From contig NC_067400.1 in NCBI RefSeq assembly GCF_016432865.1, forward strand, positions 246,078,001-246,142,000: a stretch of DNA of 64,000 nucleotides. Direction: 5' to 3'. Below the pieces are notes generated by a model. It made no database searches and was not told the origin of the DNA. It saw only the letters and a program-made list of their open reading frames with translations. The DNA is from Antechinus flavipes. Its lineage: Eukaryota. The translations under genes were made by a program, and so were the position numbers. Of the stretch, positions 38,749 through 52,305 are shown piece after piece; the stretch's first letter is position 1; each line of letters begins with the position of its first letter.

Positions 38749-39569
38749 TCCCAACCTTTTCTAATCCATTACGCTCACAGTTTGAAACCCACCAGTGGTG
38801 GGCTTGCACACTTCTCCAAGTATCCTGTACCTCTGCTTCTAAGATCTTCTCCCATCAACTCTCCCTGTTTGTAGCAAGTCCCTCTGTGTTTACATGTTCT
38901 CTCTGGTCTTAGGATTTAAAAGCCAGATATGGAGCGATTTCTTATATCCCTCATGTGAGGTTAGTGGAGAACACAGTACAGAAACTGAGGAGGAGATTTG
39001 TGCTTTCTGATAAGTGTTGGGTAGATGGACTCCATCAACATGGTCTCCATCACAATCTCAACTTGAATCTGAAATTTGTATGGAGTTTTTTGTCACTACA
39101 GTAACAAAAATCATTAATTTGAATTAATTTGAATGAAAGAAGATTTCATGGCTATGATGAAGTATCAGACAACCAGGAAACCATGTATAATGGAAGGAAA
39201 TTGTTGATGTTTTGGAGAGCAAAGCCATGAAACATGGGTAGAGCATCAGTCTCGGGTTTTACCATACTTTGGCAACATCATAATTGTTCCATTATGGCTA
39301 TAAGATTGTCATAGAACTTTCTCAGAAACATAATGAAACAAGAGTAAAAAACAAAAACAAAACACTAAGGAGCTGGTGGTGGTGTCAGAGACCAACAATT
39401 GCAAGAATGAGATTTTACCTAGGGAATTTGGTTAATGGAAATGATGAAATCCTGGCCTGACTCTGCCACATTTCCTGCTCAAAGGATATAAAAGTCGCTG
39501 TGCAGATGGTGCCATAAAACTCAAAGACCCTATCCTGAAAACCCATCCACCCAAGTGAATCCTGACATC

Positions 39570-39842
39570 ATGTGCTATTACGGAGGTTGCTATGGGGGCC
39601 TGGGCTATGGCTATGGCTCTGGTTATGGCTGTGGATGTGGCTGCTTCCGTGGCCTAGGCTGTGGAGGCTATGGCTATGGAGGCTGTGGCTATGGAGGCCT
39701 GAGGTATGGAGGCTATGGCTATGGCTGTGGAAGCTGTGGCTGTGGAAGTTGTGGCTATGGAGGTCTGGGCTATGGAGGCTATGGCTGTGGCTGCTGCCGT
39801 CCATCTTGCTATGGAAGGTATTCTTCTTATGGCTTCTACTGA
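39570..39842 (+). CDS. High Gly/Tyr keratin-associated protein, KRTAP20/19-like, 90 aa (Cys-enriched copy)
   Basis: [10 protein letters not shown]...[11 protein letters not shown]...[23 protein letters not shown] 39487-39493; AATAAA 40124-40129. Confidence 0.9.
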   Translation: MCYYGGCYGGLGYGYGSGYGCGCGCFRGLGCGGYGYGGCGYGGLRYGGYGYGCGSCGCGSCGYGGLGYGGYGCGCCRPSCYGRYSSYGFY

Positions 39843-42019
39843 ATAACCCTGGCTACTGGGCTGTCAAGGAATCTGTAGTCCTGGAAGAACATTACCTTCC
39901 ATCTGTGTCTGCAACTGGGCTATATGGGAAAGCTACCACAACAGGGTCTAGCAATTCCCATGGCACACTCAGAGCACCGAATTGGCAGTGACCAAGAAAT
40001 AGCAGGACCTATCCTTCTGGCAAGTGATGCAGACTCTCACTTGTCATGAGAGTGACTTCTCCAACAACTCCTTCCCAACAGCTTGGCTCACTTCTTATAC
40101 ATTATTGTGTCTTTTGTGACTGCAATAAACTTGTTTCTCTTACTTACTGAAGTTGTAGTTACTTGTCCTACTTGACCTCTGTCTCCTTGGGTTATACCCT
40201 CTCATCATGAAGAGATTTTCAGCCTTGATGTGCTTATCTGTGTCATTGTAGAAATTTACATCTCCAATGCATTTTTGGCAACAAGCTGATACCTCTGAAA
40301 ATTTCTGTTCAGAAATCACATTTTTCCATGTAAAATGTCTTTCTTGTATTTGACTATTACAATTCTTCCATATTAGTCCATTAAAATACATATACCCCAT
40401 TTTACTGAAGGAATGACTTCTGTCCCTTATAATGTCAGTCCCTTCTCTCACATTGTATCCATAAATGGAGAGTGCTTTTATTGTCAAAGTTTCAAAAAGT
40501 TTCATATATACTTGGTGTCATATTCAAGGTTTATAAATTCTTAATTACAAGATTTCCTTGTTGATTCCAGAATTGGCTTCTTAGTCCTAGTCTGGAAAGC
40601 TTGGGGAAATAGAGAATTGAGGACTGAAAATGGTGTCAGGAAAACTAATCTTTGTGTGTGCAAATCTCTCCTCATAACAGAAGTAGGTGAAGGTCTTGTT
40701 TGCTTCAGTTTCCTAATCTGTATAATGGATTGTACAAGGCTATCTTCTTTTTTTGGTCCAAAAATCCTCAGATGCAGTGTCAATGATTCAAAAAACAAGA
40801 AAAAATGGCTGAACAAGAAAATCCTTGTGTAAGCTCACTTTCGCCACTTTTTTTTCCCCTCTAAGTAATTTTCACATCTGAAGCACAGCAAAAGTTAATG
40901 GCACTGAACAATAATCACAGAAAGAATTATATACAATCTGAATTTTGGGGGGTTTATTTTCCTTATTTAATACTTCCTCTAGGGTCAGTTCCACTGACTA
41001 GGCTGAACAAAAAATCATGTCCCTCAGAGAATTCCCCAAATACTAGAACTTGACACTCCACCTGGTACTTAGGCAGTGCTTAGTAAATTTTGTAAGTTTT
41101 TGTATTTCTGACAGCTTTTAGTGGGAAAAGTCATACTTTTCCCTCAGCACCCTCACTCTGTTGAGTTCTTTCTAAAAATATCTCCAAAATGTTGAGCAAC
41201 TCATTTTCAGGAAAGATTACATTAAGGTCAATTGCATGGATGCAAAGACTTCAGTAAAAGGTAAATAATCACTTTCTCACCCTCCCTAAGCAAAGAATAT
41301 TTTATTTTGGTTAGCAAATACAAAAATCATTTGATTGGAGCAGAATACTATCCCTAAATCATTGTTTTCCTCCTTTTTGACAACAGAAGGGTTCTCAATA
41401 CATAAATAATACCTTAAGGGAACTAGGACAAGTCTCTGAATATCTTCTATACTCTAAAATTGGTGTTCCCTGAATTGAGCCACTTGAGTGTTAATCTGAA
41501 GGTCCTTTTACTACGTGGTCTGGACTTCTCTGGATGTTTTTCAGCTTAGCCAAAAATACCTACATGTAGAGCGAAACATTGCTATTTACACAAACCAACA
41601 TTTCTATCTTCCTAAACTTCAATCCCTTGGACTTCAGTTCATAAAATCTGAAAGAAGTATACGATTTCTGATTGTAAGAAATTGGGCTACCTTATGCTTT
41701 AGAATGCAATTGTAAAAGGACTAGAATCTAGGAGAAGAAATGACAAACCTCTGGATGCTGAACAGACTTGAGTTCATTTTCTTCTGGAAAATTGAAGAAT
41801 TTTTGAGTAGCTGTTCCACCTGAGTCAAAATCTTCTCTTCTCTCTGCTACACTTTGTCTCCTTATTTACCATGGACTCAGTTACTTGCTCAGTTTGACAT
41901 AAAATAGTCCACTTCCAGCTCCAGACCAACATTTCTTCTGAATTCACTGGTTCAATAGGATACCAGTGACTTGAATGGATGATCCTACCAATCTCATATT
42001 GTCAGCCCTGCCAAGGACT

Positions 42020-43240
42020 TCAACGTTTAAATATGGATGGTCTTTACTGTGGTTTGTAGAACTATTCAATGTCTCTAGTTGCTCTCCTTTCACTTCTTTT
42101 GAAATCCCAGAACATCACATTCCTGACCTTCTCCTTTAAGAGAAACTGCTGTCTGAAAGTGTTCGGTGATGTTTTCCTGAATAAACCAAAAGGCCTCTTC
42201 AAATTGACTGCTGCTTCATTCTTCTTTGACTTTAAGATTGCTGGCCAATTACTTGTCCTGGGTGTGCTTGGCTCTGCTTTTCCTCCTTATTGTTTTTCTT
42301 GTCCCTCTTCTTCTTTTTGTAATTCTTGGGGTTTTTTCTCCTTCTTCTTCCTCATCTGGTTCTTTAATATAAAATGATTGATTGAAGCCCAGATTCTGTC
42401 TCCTTTCTGTCTTTTACCTATGCTATTTGGAATGAGAGAGAAAAATCTCCTTCCATTCCAGAGTTTACAAATCAGTTCATTGGACATGAACTGACAAAGT
42501 CGAGATCAATTGATTCATTAGACTCATTCCTTCATTATCAATAGTTAATATAAAAAATTTCACTTTGCTATTACAGATTTCAAATCAGTCCATATCTAGA
42601 ACAGATTTCCTCATTTTACATAATTGTAAAGCTCCCTCTCTCTCTTCAATTTTTCTTCTCCTTGCAGGAACAACAATATCTAGCCAAGTTTGTAAGTATA
42701 CAGTGACAGAGAGGTCCCTGACCCTCTATGTCCACTGCAAATATCACCATAATTGAACAAAATTGTCTGCCCTGTATTCACAACATTTCTGGAATTGAAA
42801 TGCTTCTTTCCAATCACAAAGATTCTCACTTAGACAAGATCCACACAGCAGCACTTCGAAAGAGCTTTTGACTGGCGTGCTTGACTCTATTGTTTGCTCA
42901 ACTAGATCCTCTTTCCACTCAGTTGTCCAATTGATTATTCAGACTCTGCCTCCCTTTAAAAAGTCCCACACTCCACAATTCTGGTCTTTTAAAAATCAAT
43001 TGCTTTTCCTTTTCTGGTCATTTAAAGATTCTGCTTCTGTTTGACATTTAACCCTCTTCTAAATCTAGGCAATCCTAAAAGTGGCAGTTTTCATACCTTT
43101 TAATTCTCTTCTTTAATTTGATATTCCCAGTGTTAGCCAACCTTCCTTCATTCAAACCATGAATGGCATGGGCCTTCTATTTGCCATTGTATAAACTGCC
43201 TTTCCAGCCTACCCAGAATATTCTCCAATCTCCTAACTTC
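42020..43240 (+). mobile_element. Decayed L2 fragment (paralog)
   Basis: Same motifs, plus the L2-like segments tccactcagttgtccaa and ctgcctttccagcctacccagaatattctcc. Confidence 0.55.
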
Positions 43241-43353
43241 CCCTCTATCATTTTCTAGTCCATTATACTGTCAGTTTGAAACTTACCAGTGGTACATGGC
43301 TTTGTTCACTTCTCTAAGTATTCTGTGTCTCTCCCTTTAAGATCTTCTCCAAT

Positions 43354-44132
43354 AGAGCAATCTGGAATTATGCCCAAAAAATTATCAAATTGTGCATACC
43401 CTTTGATCCAGCAGTGTTTCTATTGGGCTTATATCCCAAAGAAATACTAAAGAAGGAAAAGGGACCTGTATGTGCCAAAATGTTTGTAGCAGCCCTATTT
43501 GTAGTGGCTAGAAACTGGAAAATGAATGGATGCCCATCAATTGGAGAATGGCTGGGTAAATTGTGGTATATGAATGTTATGGAATATTATTGTTCTGTAA
43601 GAAATGACCAGCAGGATGAATACAGAGAGGACTGGCGAGACTTACATGAACTGATGCTAAGTGAAATGAGCAGAACCAGGAGATCATTATACACTTCGAC
43701 AACGATATTGTATGAGGACATATTTTGATGGAAGTGGATTTCTTTGACAAAGAGACCTAACTGAGTTTCAATTGATAAATGACGGACAAAAGCAGCTACA
43801 TCCAAAGAAAGAACACTGGGAAACGAATGTGAACTATCTGCATTTTTGTTTTTCTTCCAGGTTATTTATACCTTCTGAATCCAATTCTCCCTATGCAACA
43901 AGAGAACTGTTCGGTTCTGCAAACATATATTGTTTCTGAGATATACTGCAACATATCCAACATTTAAAGGACTGCTTGCCATCTAGGGGAGGGGGTGGAG
44001 GGAGGGAGGGGAAAAAAATTGGAACAGAAACGAGTGCAAGGGATAATGTTGTTAAAAAAAATTACCCTGGCATGGATTCTGTCAATATAAAGTAATTATT
44101 AAATAAAAATTTAAAAAAAGAGAGAAAAAAAA
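43354..44132 (+). mobile_element. Young 5'-truncated L1 with perfect TSD
   Basis: AAGATCTTCTCCAAT at 43339-43353 and 44133-44147, ttt/aaga site. Uninterrupted ORF2 C-terminal frame 43390-43728 (PFDPAVFLLGLYPKE...GCPSIGEWLGKLWY); A tail. Confidence 0.95.
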
Positions 44133-44858
44133 AAGATCTTCTCCAATGAACTCTCCCCATTTGTGGAAGGTCTCTTTGTAATTATATGTTCTCTCTGGTC
44201 TTAGGACTTTAAAACCAGACAGGGAGAGGTACTGTGTAGCCATTTCTTATATCCCTATTGTGAGTTTAATGGAAAACACAGTGCAAAAACTGGAGAGAAG
44301 ATTTGTTTTTTCTGCTTTTGGAATAAGTGTTAGGTGAATGGATTCCATCAAAAGAGTCTCCATCACAATCACAACTTGAATCTGAAATTTGTATGGAGTC
44401 TTCTGTCACCGGAGTTGCAAAAAAGTCTTAATTTAGAGAAAGGATTTCATGGCTATGATGAAGTATCAGACAGCCAAAAAACCACATATGATGGAAGGAG
44501 GATGGTGACATTTTGGAGAGCGATACCATGAAGCTTGGGTAGGGCATCAGTCACATGCTTTAACATACCTTTGGCAACATCATAATCATTCACATTATGG
44601 GAATGAGATTGTCACAGAATCTTCTCAGAAAAATAATGAATCAAAAGGGAAAAAAACAAAAACAAAACATTAAGGAATTGGGGGTTGTGCCAGAGACCAA
44701 ATAATTACAAGAATGTGATTTTCCCCAGGGAATTTGGTTAATGGAAATGATGAAATCCTAGCTTGATTCTGCCACATTTCCTGCTCGAAGAGTATAAAAG
44801 TTTCTGGCAGATGAGTACCATACATACACAAAAACCCCATCCTGAAAATCCTGACACC

Positions 44859-45056
44859 ATGTGCTACTATGGCGGCTGCTATGGGGGCCTGGACTATGGC
44901 TATGGCTCTGGTTATGGCTGTGGATGTGGCTGCTTCCGTGGCTTAGGTTATGGCCATGGAGGCTATGGCTATGGAGGCCTGGGCTATGGAGGTTATGGCT
45001 ATGGCTGCTGCCGTCCATCTTGTTGTGGAAGGTATTATTCTTATGGGTTCTACTGA
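44859..45056 (+). CDS. High Gly/Tyr keratin-associated protein, KRTAP20/19-like, 65 aa
   Basis: [14 protein letters not shown]...GYGHGG...[23 protein letters not shown] 44793-44799; AATAAA 45340-45345. Confidence 0.9.
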   Translation: MCYYGGCYGGLDYGYGSGYGCGCGCFRGLGYGHGGYGYGGLGYGGYGYGCCRPSCCGRYYSYGFY

Positions 45057-46299
45057 AAAAAATCCCTTGCTACTGGGATGTCAAGAAGTCTGTGGTCCTG
45101 GAAAGATATTACCTTCCATCTGTATCTGCAGCTGGACTACATGGGAAAGCTACCACAACAGGGTCTAGCAATCCCCATGGCACATTCAGGGTACCAACGT
45201 GGCAGTGACCAAGAAACAACAGGACCCATCCTGGGAAGTGATGCAGACTCTCAACTTTTATGAAGGAGACGTCTCCAACAACTCCTTCCCAGCAAGTTGG
45301 CTCACCTCTCATACATTATTGTGTCTTTTATGACTTTGCAATAAACTTGTTTCCTTTGCTTACCAAAGTTGTTACTTGTCTTATTTCACCTCTGTTTCCT
45401 TTGGTTTCAGTCTCTCATCAAGAAGAGATTTTCAGTTCTTTCTAAAAATGTCTCCAAATGATTGAGCAGTTCATTGTCAGGAAATATTATATTAAAGTCA
45501 ATTCCATGATAAAAACCTTCAAGAAAAGGGAAATTCTCTTTTCCAACCCTCATTAAGCAAAGAATATTTTTTTTGGTTAGGAAATTCAAAAATCAGTTGA
45601 TTGAGGCAGAATGCTTTCACTAAATCATTTTTATCCTACTGTTTGCCAAACTGAGGTGGTCCATGTGATGGGCATAAATCATCTTAAGGGAGCTAGGACA
45701 AGTCCTGGGTATCTTCTAAACCCTAAAATCTGTTTTCCTTGAATTGAGTCACTTAGGACTTAATCTGGAGGATCTTTTTTTATGTGGTATGAAATTCTCT
45801 GGGTGCTTTTAAGTTTAGCCAAAAATCGCCCATGTACTGAACAGTGTTATATAGACAAAACAAGATTTTCATCTTCCTGAACTCTAATCCTTTCTATTTC
45901 ACTTCATGAAATTTCAGAATTTATTGTAGGATTTCTGGTTATCAGATGACATCTTATTGGGTAATATTATCATTTAGAGTGCAGCGTAAGAGAACTAGAG
46001 TCTGGGTGAAGTGATGACACATCTCTGGTTGACCAATAGATTTAAGTTCATTTTCTCCTGGATGACTGAAGAAATTCTGAGGAGCTCCTCAATTTGAAAA
46101 TCAAAACCTCCTTTTCTATCTGTTACATTTTCTCATTTGGTGTCCAATTTATTTACCTTGGACTCAGTTACTTGCTAAATTTGACATAAAATAATCAAGT
46201 TCCAGCTCCGATTCCAAATGAGCATTGCTTCTGACTTCACTTGTTGAATAGGCTATCAATAGCATGAATGCATTCTACCAATCTCATATTGACAGCACT

Positions 46300-47770
46300 G
46301 CCAAGGACTCCCACATTTAAATATGCATTGCCTTTATTGTATGTAGTTTGTGGAAACTATTCAATGTCTCCAGTTGCTCTCCTTTCACTTCCTTTGAAAA
46401 CCCTGAACATAAGATTTCCAACTCTCCCTTTCAAGAGAAACTGCTCTCTGTAAGTTATCAAGTACTGTCTTCCTAAGAAAACCAAAAGGCCACTTCAAAT
46501 TCACTGCTGCTTCATCCAACTTTGGTTTTGAGGCTGATGGCCAATTACTACTCTTGGGTGTGCTTGACTCTGCTTTTCCTGCTTGGTTATGCTTTCTGGT
46601 TCTTCTTCCTTTTTTTCTTCTTCTTGTAATTTCTGTTGTTTTTCTTCTTCATCTTCTTGTTGTTTTTCTTGTTCTTGTCCTTCTCCTTTTTTCTTTCTTC
46701 TTGTAATTCTAGTTCTTTTTCTTCATCTACTTTTTCTTGTTCTTTTTGTTTTTGTCCTACTCCTTGTTCATCTTTTTTTTTCTTATCATCATCTTCTTTT
46801 TCTTGTTCTTGTTCTTCTGCATATTAATCTTCTACTTCTTCTCCTCCTCCTTCTGCTTCTTTCTTATTTTGTTCTTTAATGTAAAATGACTGACTCAAGC
46901 CCATGTTCTCTCTCTTTTCTTTCCTTTATTCATGCTATCTAGAATAAGAGAGAAAAATCTTCCATTCCAGAGTTTAAAAGCCAATCCATTGGACACTCAC
47001 TGAAACAGATTGAGGTCCACAATAGCATCTTTCATAAGATTGAGATCCTCACTATCAAGAGTCAATATAAAAAATTTCACTTTGATAATTATTACAAATT
47101 TCAAATCAGTACATATCTAGAACAGATTTCCTCATTTTGCCTAATTGCAAAGCTTCCTCTCTTCAACTTTTGTTCTCCTTTCAGGAAAAACAATATCTAG
47201 CCAAATTTCTAGGTTTATAGTAACAGAGACATCCCTGACTTTCCACTTTCACAGCAAATAACACTATAATTGAACAAATCATCTGCCCTGGATTCACAAC
47301 ATTTCTGGCATTGAAATACTTCTTTCTAATCACAAAACTCTCACTTAGACAAGATTCACACAGCACCACTCTAAAAAGAGCTTCTGATTGGTGTGCTTGA
47401 TTCTATTGTTTGCTCACCTAGATCCTCTTTCCACTCAGTTGTTCAATGAACTATTCAGATTCTGCCTTCCCTGGGACTTCTGAAACTCAAAGGCTCCATA
47501 CTTTGTCTTGTAAAAACCAACTGCCTTTCCTTTTCTGATCATTTAAAAATACAGATGCTGTCTGACATTTAACCCTCTTCTCAAGCTAATCAATTTGAAA
47601 ATTGACGGGTTTTATGCCCTTTATTTCTCTTCCTTAATTTGATGATGTTCCTGATGTTAGCCAACCTTCATTCAAACAATGAATGACATGTGCTTTCTAT
47701 TTGTCTTGTATAAACTATCTTTTTAGCCTACCCAGAAAATTCTATCTCCTAACTTCCCCTCCAACATTTT
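46300..47770 (+). mobile_element. Decayed L2 fragment (paralog) containing an expanded CT tract
   Basis: Homologous to 9250-10400. Confidence 0.55.
46580..46878. repeat. CT-rich tract
   Basis: Degenerate ttc/ttg repeats. Confidence 0.9.
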
Positions 47771-48599
47771 CTAGTCCATTATAATCTCAGTTTGAAACTC
47801 ACCAATGGTACATGGCTTTGCTCATTTCCCTAAGTATCCTGTACCTCTGCCTCTAAGATCTTTTCTCATCAACTCTCCCTCTTTTTGGCTGTGTTTGCAT
47901 GTTCTTTCTGGTCTTAGAACTTAAAAGCCAGACAAGAGAAGGATTTTGTAGCCATTTCTTATATCCCTAATGTGAGGTTAGTGGAATACACAGTGCACAA
48001 GCTGGGAAAGTGAATTCTGTTTTGTTTTGTTTTGTTTTTTGCTTTTGCAATAAGTGTTGGGTGGATGGACTTCATCAAGAGGGTCTCCACCACAATCTCA
48101 ACTTGGATCTTAAATTTGTATGAACTCTTCTGTCACTGGAGTCTCAAAAACATTAATTCAGATATAGGATTTCATGGCTGTGATGAAGTATCAGACAGCC
48201 AGGAAACCACAAATAATGGAAGGAGGATGGTGACATTTTGGAGAGCAAAGCCGTGAAGCTTGAGTAGGGCATCAGTCATGTGCTTTAGCATACCTTTGGC
48301 AACATCATAATCATTCATATTATGGGAATAAGATTGTCACAGAACCTTCTCAGAAAAATAATGAATCAAGAGGAAAAAACAGAAACAAAACATTAGGGAG
48401 CTGGTGGTGGTGTCAGAGACCAAACAATTGCAAGAATGTGATTTTTCCCAGGGAATTTGGTTAATGGAAATGATGAAATCCTGGCTTGACTCTGCCACAT
48501 TTCCTGCTTAAAGGATATAAAAGCTGCTGTTCAGAAGGTGCCATACATACTCAAAGACCCCATCCTGAAAATCTATCCACCCAAGTGAATCCTGACACC

Positions 48600-48842
48600 A
48601 TGTGCTACTACGGCAGCTACTATGGAGGTCTGGGCTATGGCTATGGCTCTGGTTATGGCTGTGGATGTGGCTGCTTCCGTGGCCTCGGCTATGGAGGTTA
48701 TGGCTGTGGAGGCTGTGGCTATGGAGGGCTGAGGTATGGAGGCTATGGCTGTGGCTGTGGAGGTTGTGGCTATGGAGGCTATGGCTATGGCTGCTGCCGT
48801 CCATCTTGCTGTGGAAAGTATTCTTCTTATGGCTTCTACTGA
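48600..48842 (+). CDS. High Gly/Tyr keratin-associated protein, KRTAP20/19-like, 80 aa
   Basis: [10 protein letters not shown]...GLRYGG...[23 protein letters not shown] 48516-48522; AATAAA 49127-49132. Confidence 0.92.
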   Translation: MCYYGSYYGGLGYGYGSGYGCGCGCFRGLGYGGYGCGGCGYGGLRYGGYGCGCGGCGYGGYGYGCCRPSCCGKYSSYGFY

Positions 48843-49430
48843 AAAACTCCTTGCTACTGGGCTCTCAAGGAGTCTGTAGTCCTGGAAGGACATCACTTTA
48901 CATCTGTGTCTGCAGCTGAACTATATGGGAAAGTTACCACAACCGGGTCCAGCAATCCCCATGGCACACTCAGGGAAACGATGTGGCAGTGACCAAGAAA
49001 CAAAAGGACCCATCCTTCTGGGAAATGATGCAGTCTCTCCCCTGTCATGAAGGAGACTTCTCCAACAACTCCTTCTGAGGAAACTGGCTCACCTTTCATA
49101 CATTGTTATGTCTTTTATGACTTTGCAATAAACTTGTTTCCCTTGGTTACCAAAGTTGTTGTTACTCGTTCCATTTATCTGTCTCCTTAGGTTTTAGGCT
49201 GTCTTATATAAAAGATTTTCATCCTGGCTTGATTTATCTGTATCACTGCAGAAGGATTGGTTTCCAATGCATTTTTGGCAACAAGCAGATAACTTTGAAA
49301 ATTTCTATTCAAAAATGATATTTCCATGTAAAGATGTTTTCTCCAGAAAATTTCAAGACTTGAAGCACAGCACTAGTTAATTACAGACCACAATCATCAT
49401 TGAAAGGATCGTGTACACAGTCCAAATATT

Positions 49431-50043
49431 TTGTTTTGTTTTGTTTATTTAACATTTTCCCCGAGATACATTCCAAACAAAAAATATTTACATTTTTTCA
49501 AAAATTTTTGAGTTCTAAATTCTGTCCCTCATTCCCACCACCACTACAAGACCTCTTATGAAGTTATTAAAAATATTTCCATAAAGGTCAAGTTGTCAAA
49601 AAAAAAACATAGATCTCTCTTGCTAATGAAAATAAAAACCCTCAAGAAAAACCTAGTTAAGAAAAAGAGAAAAAGATATGAGAGAGAGAAAGAATGCCTC
49701 AATCTTCATTCAGCCACAATGAATTTCTTCTCTAGGTATAGATAGGAATTTTCATCATAAATCCTTCAGAGTAGTCATGGAAGATTGTAGTACTGAGACT
49801 AGCAAAGTTATCCGCAGCTGGTCATCTCACAATATCACTATTACTTTGCATAAAACACATTTTACTTTGCTTGAGTTCATAGAGGACTTTTCAGATTTTT
49901 TCCTTCCTGAGAGCATCCTGGTCATCATTTCCCATAAAACAATAATATTCCATCATAAACATACTCTACAGTTAATTGAACCATTCCACAATTGATGAGG
50001 ATCTGCTCAATTTGCATTTTTTATGCCCTGAGAAAAGTGCTGC
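49431..50043 (-). mobile_element. Old truncated L1 3' end shared by several units (copy 4)
   Basis: Homologous to 31676-32236 at the same spacer position. Confidence 0.75.
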
Positions 50044-51594
50044 ACTCTCTGAATATCATCAGCTAGCTGCAATTGCAGTAGGTTGAATTTCTACTAGCCA
50101 GCAGCACATCCTGTTCAAATCAAACACTGAGATAAATCTGTAGCGTTTCCTGACATGAGTGCAAGGATGTGCTACATAGCCAGAAAACACTTAAACTGTC
50201 AAGTCATCTTAAAACACCCAAGAAAAAGAGCACCTGCTTGGCTGCTAAGCATCCTGCATAACAATCTTTGGTTTCCTCAGCTGCACCAGATAGACTATTC
50301 ACAAAATCATGTCCCTGACAAAACTTCAGAATATACTAGAGCTTGACACTCCACCTGGCACATAGGCAGTGTACTAAATTTTATTAGTTTTTGTATTCCC
50401 AGTGGCTTTTATTTGAAAGTCCTCAACATCCTCACTTTGTTGAATTCTTTCTAAAAATGTCTCCAAAATCTTGAACAATTCATTGTCAGGAAACATTACA
50501 GTAAGGTTAATTGCATGGATTCAAAGCCTTCAATAACCCCTTCTCACCCCTCTTTAAGCAAAGAATATTTTATTTTGGTTAGCAAATACAAAAATCAATT
50601 TATTGGGGAGACTGCTTTCAATTATTATTATACTTCTTTTTGACAAGTAGAAGGACTCTAAAACCTACACTATGTGTTGGTCATAAAACACCTCAAAAGA
50701 GCTAGGGCAAGTCGCTGAATATTTTCTAAAGCTGCAAATGTGTGTTTCTTGAATCGAGTCACTTAGGTCTTAGTATAGAGGATCTTTTTCCATGTGCTTT
50801 GGACTGCTCTCGATGGTTTTCGGTTTAGCCAAAAAACACTCTTGAACAGATCAGTGCTATTTAAAAAACATTTCTATCTTCCTAAACTTCAGTCCCTTGT
50901 ATTTCACTTCATGAAATCTCAAGGTTGCAGTAGGTTTTCGGTTTGTCAGGTGATTTCTTATTGGGCAACCATATGCTTTTGATTGTAGTTGTAAGAAGAC
51001 TAGAATCTGGAAGAAGAGATGACACATTTCTGGATGCCCAACAGACTTGAGTTCATTTTCTTCTGGGAGACTGAAGAATTTCTGAGGTGCTGCTCAACCT
51101 GAGAGTCAAACCTTCTTCTCTTTTCTCTGCTATGCTTTCTCATTGGATGTTCACTTGATTTGCTATGGACTCAGTTACTTGCTCAGTTTGATATAAAATA
51201 ATCCAGTTCCAGCTCCAATTCTAGACCAGCATTTCTTCTGAACTCACTGTTTCAACAGGCTATCCATGACTTGAATGCATGACCCTACAAATCTCATATT
51301 GTCAATACTGCCAATGACTCCCACATTTAAGAGCACACTGCCTTTACAGTGGTTTGTGGAAACTATACAGGGTCTTCAGCTGCTCTCCTTTCACTTGTTT
51401 TAAAAGCCTTGAACATTGTAGTCCCCATCATCAACTTCAAAAGAAATTGCTCTCTACAACTTGTCCAGTGATGTCCTCCTAATTAAACTTAAAAGCCACT
51501 TCAAGTTTCCTGTCACCTTATCCATCTTTGACTTTGACACTGCTAGTAAATTATTCCTCCTAGGATTGCTTGACTCTATTCTTCCTGGATTATT

Positions 51595-51800
51595 GCCTTT
51601 ATTCTTCTTCTTTTTGTCTTCTTCTTGTAGTTATTTTTTTTCTTCTTCACATTCTTGTTGTTCTTGTTCTAGTTTTGGTCCTCCTTTTCCTCCTCCTCCT
51701 CTTCCTCTTCTTCTTCTTTTTCTCTTTTCTCCTCCCCTGCTTTTTTGTCTTTTTCTCCTTCTCCTCCCCCTTCTCTTTCTTCTTCTCCTACAGCTTATTT
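51595..51800. repeat. CT-rich tract
   Basis: Degenerate ttc/cct repeats. Confidence 0.9.
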
Positions 51801-52215
51801 TTTAATATAAAATGCTTGACTGAAGCCCAGATTCTGCCTCTTTTCTTTCTTTTACCAATGTTATCTAGAATGAGAGAGAAAAATCTCTTTCCATTCCAAA
51901 CTTTAAAAGCCAATCCATTGTATACTCACTGACACAGATCTAGAAAAATAATAGCATCTCTCATAAGACCTAGATCCTCATTATCAACAGACAATACAAA
52001 AAAATTTCAATTTGATAACTATTACAAATTTCAAATCATCTTCCAAGTCTAGAACAGATTTCCAAATCTTGCTTTATTGCAAAGCTCCCTAGCTCTTCAA
52101 CTAGTCTCATCTTCAAGAGCAACAATATCTAGTCAAATTTGTAGGTTTATACTAACAGACACATCCCTGCCCCTCTATTTCCATTGCCAATATCATCAAG
52201 ACAATTAATTAGATA

Positions 52216-52305
52216 AAGGATTTCATAGTTGTGGTGAAGTATCAGACAGCCAGGGAATCAAAGGATTTCATAGCTGTGGTGAAGTATCATTCAGCCAGGG
52301 AATCA
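52216..52305 (+). repeat. 45-bp tandem duplication upstream of gene 52673
   Basis: aaggatttcatag(t/c)tgtggtgaagtatca(ga/tt)cagccagggaatca twice. Confidence 0.95.

Larger units (their letters stand above)
34150..39960 (+). repeat. Recent segmental duplication, copy A
   Basis: Only scattered mismatches against about 52880-58670; shares both L1 insertions and private indels. Confidence 0.9.

Noticed and set aside
43390-43728. 112-aa ORF (and 12364-12711) as a host gene
   Set aside because: L1 ORF2 C-terminal fragments inside truncated insertions.
43986-44012. G-rich run with G-quadruplex potential (also about 33221)
   Set aside because: An ordinary feature of L1 3'UTRs and SINE tails; not specific to this locus.
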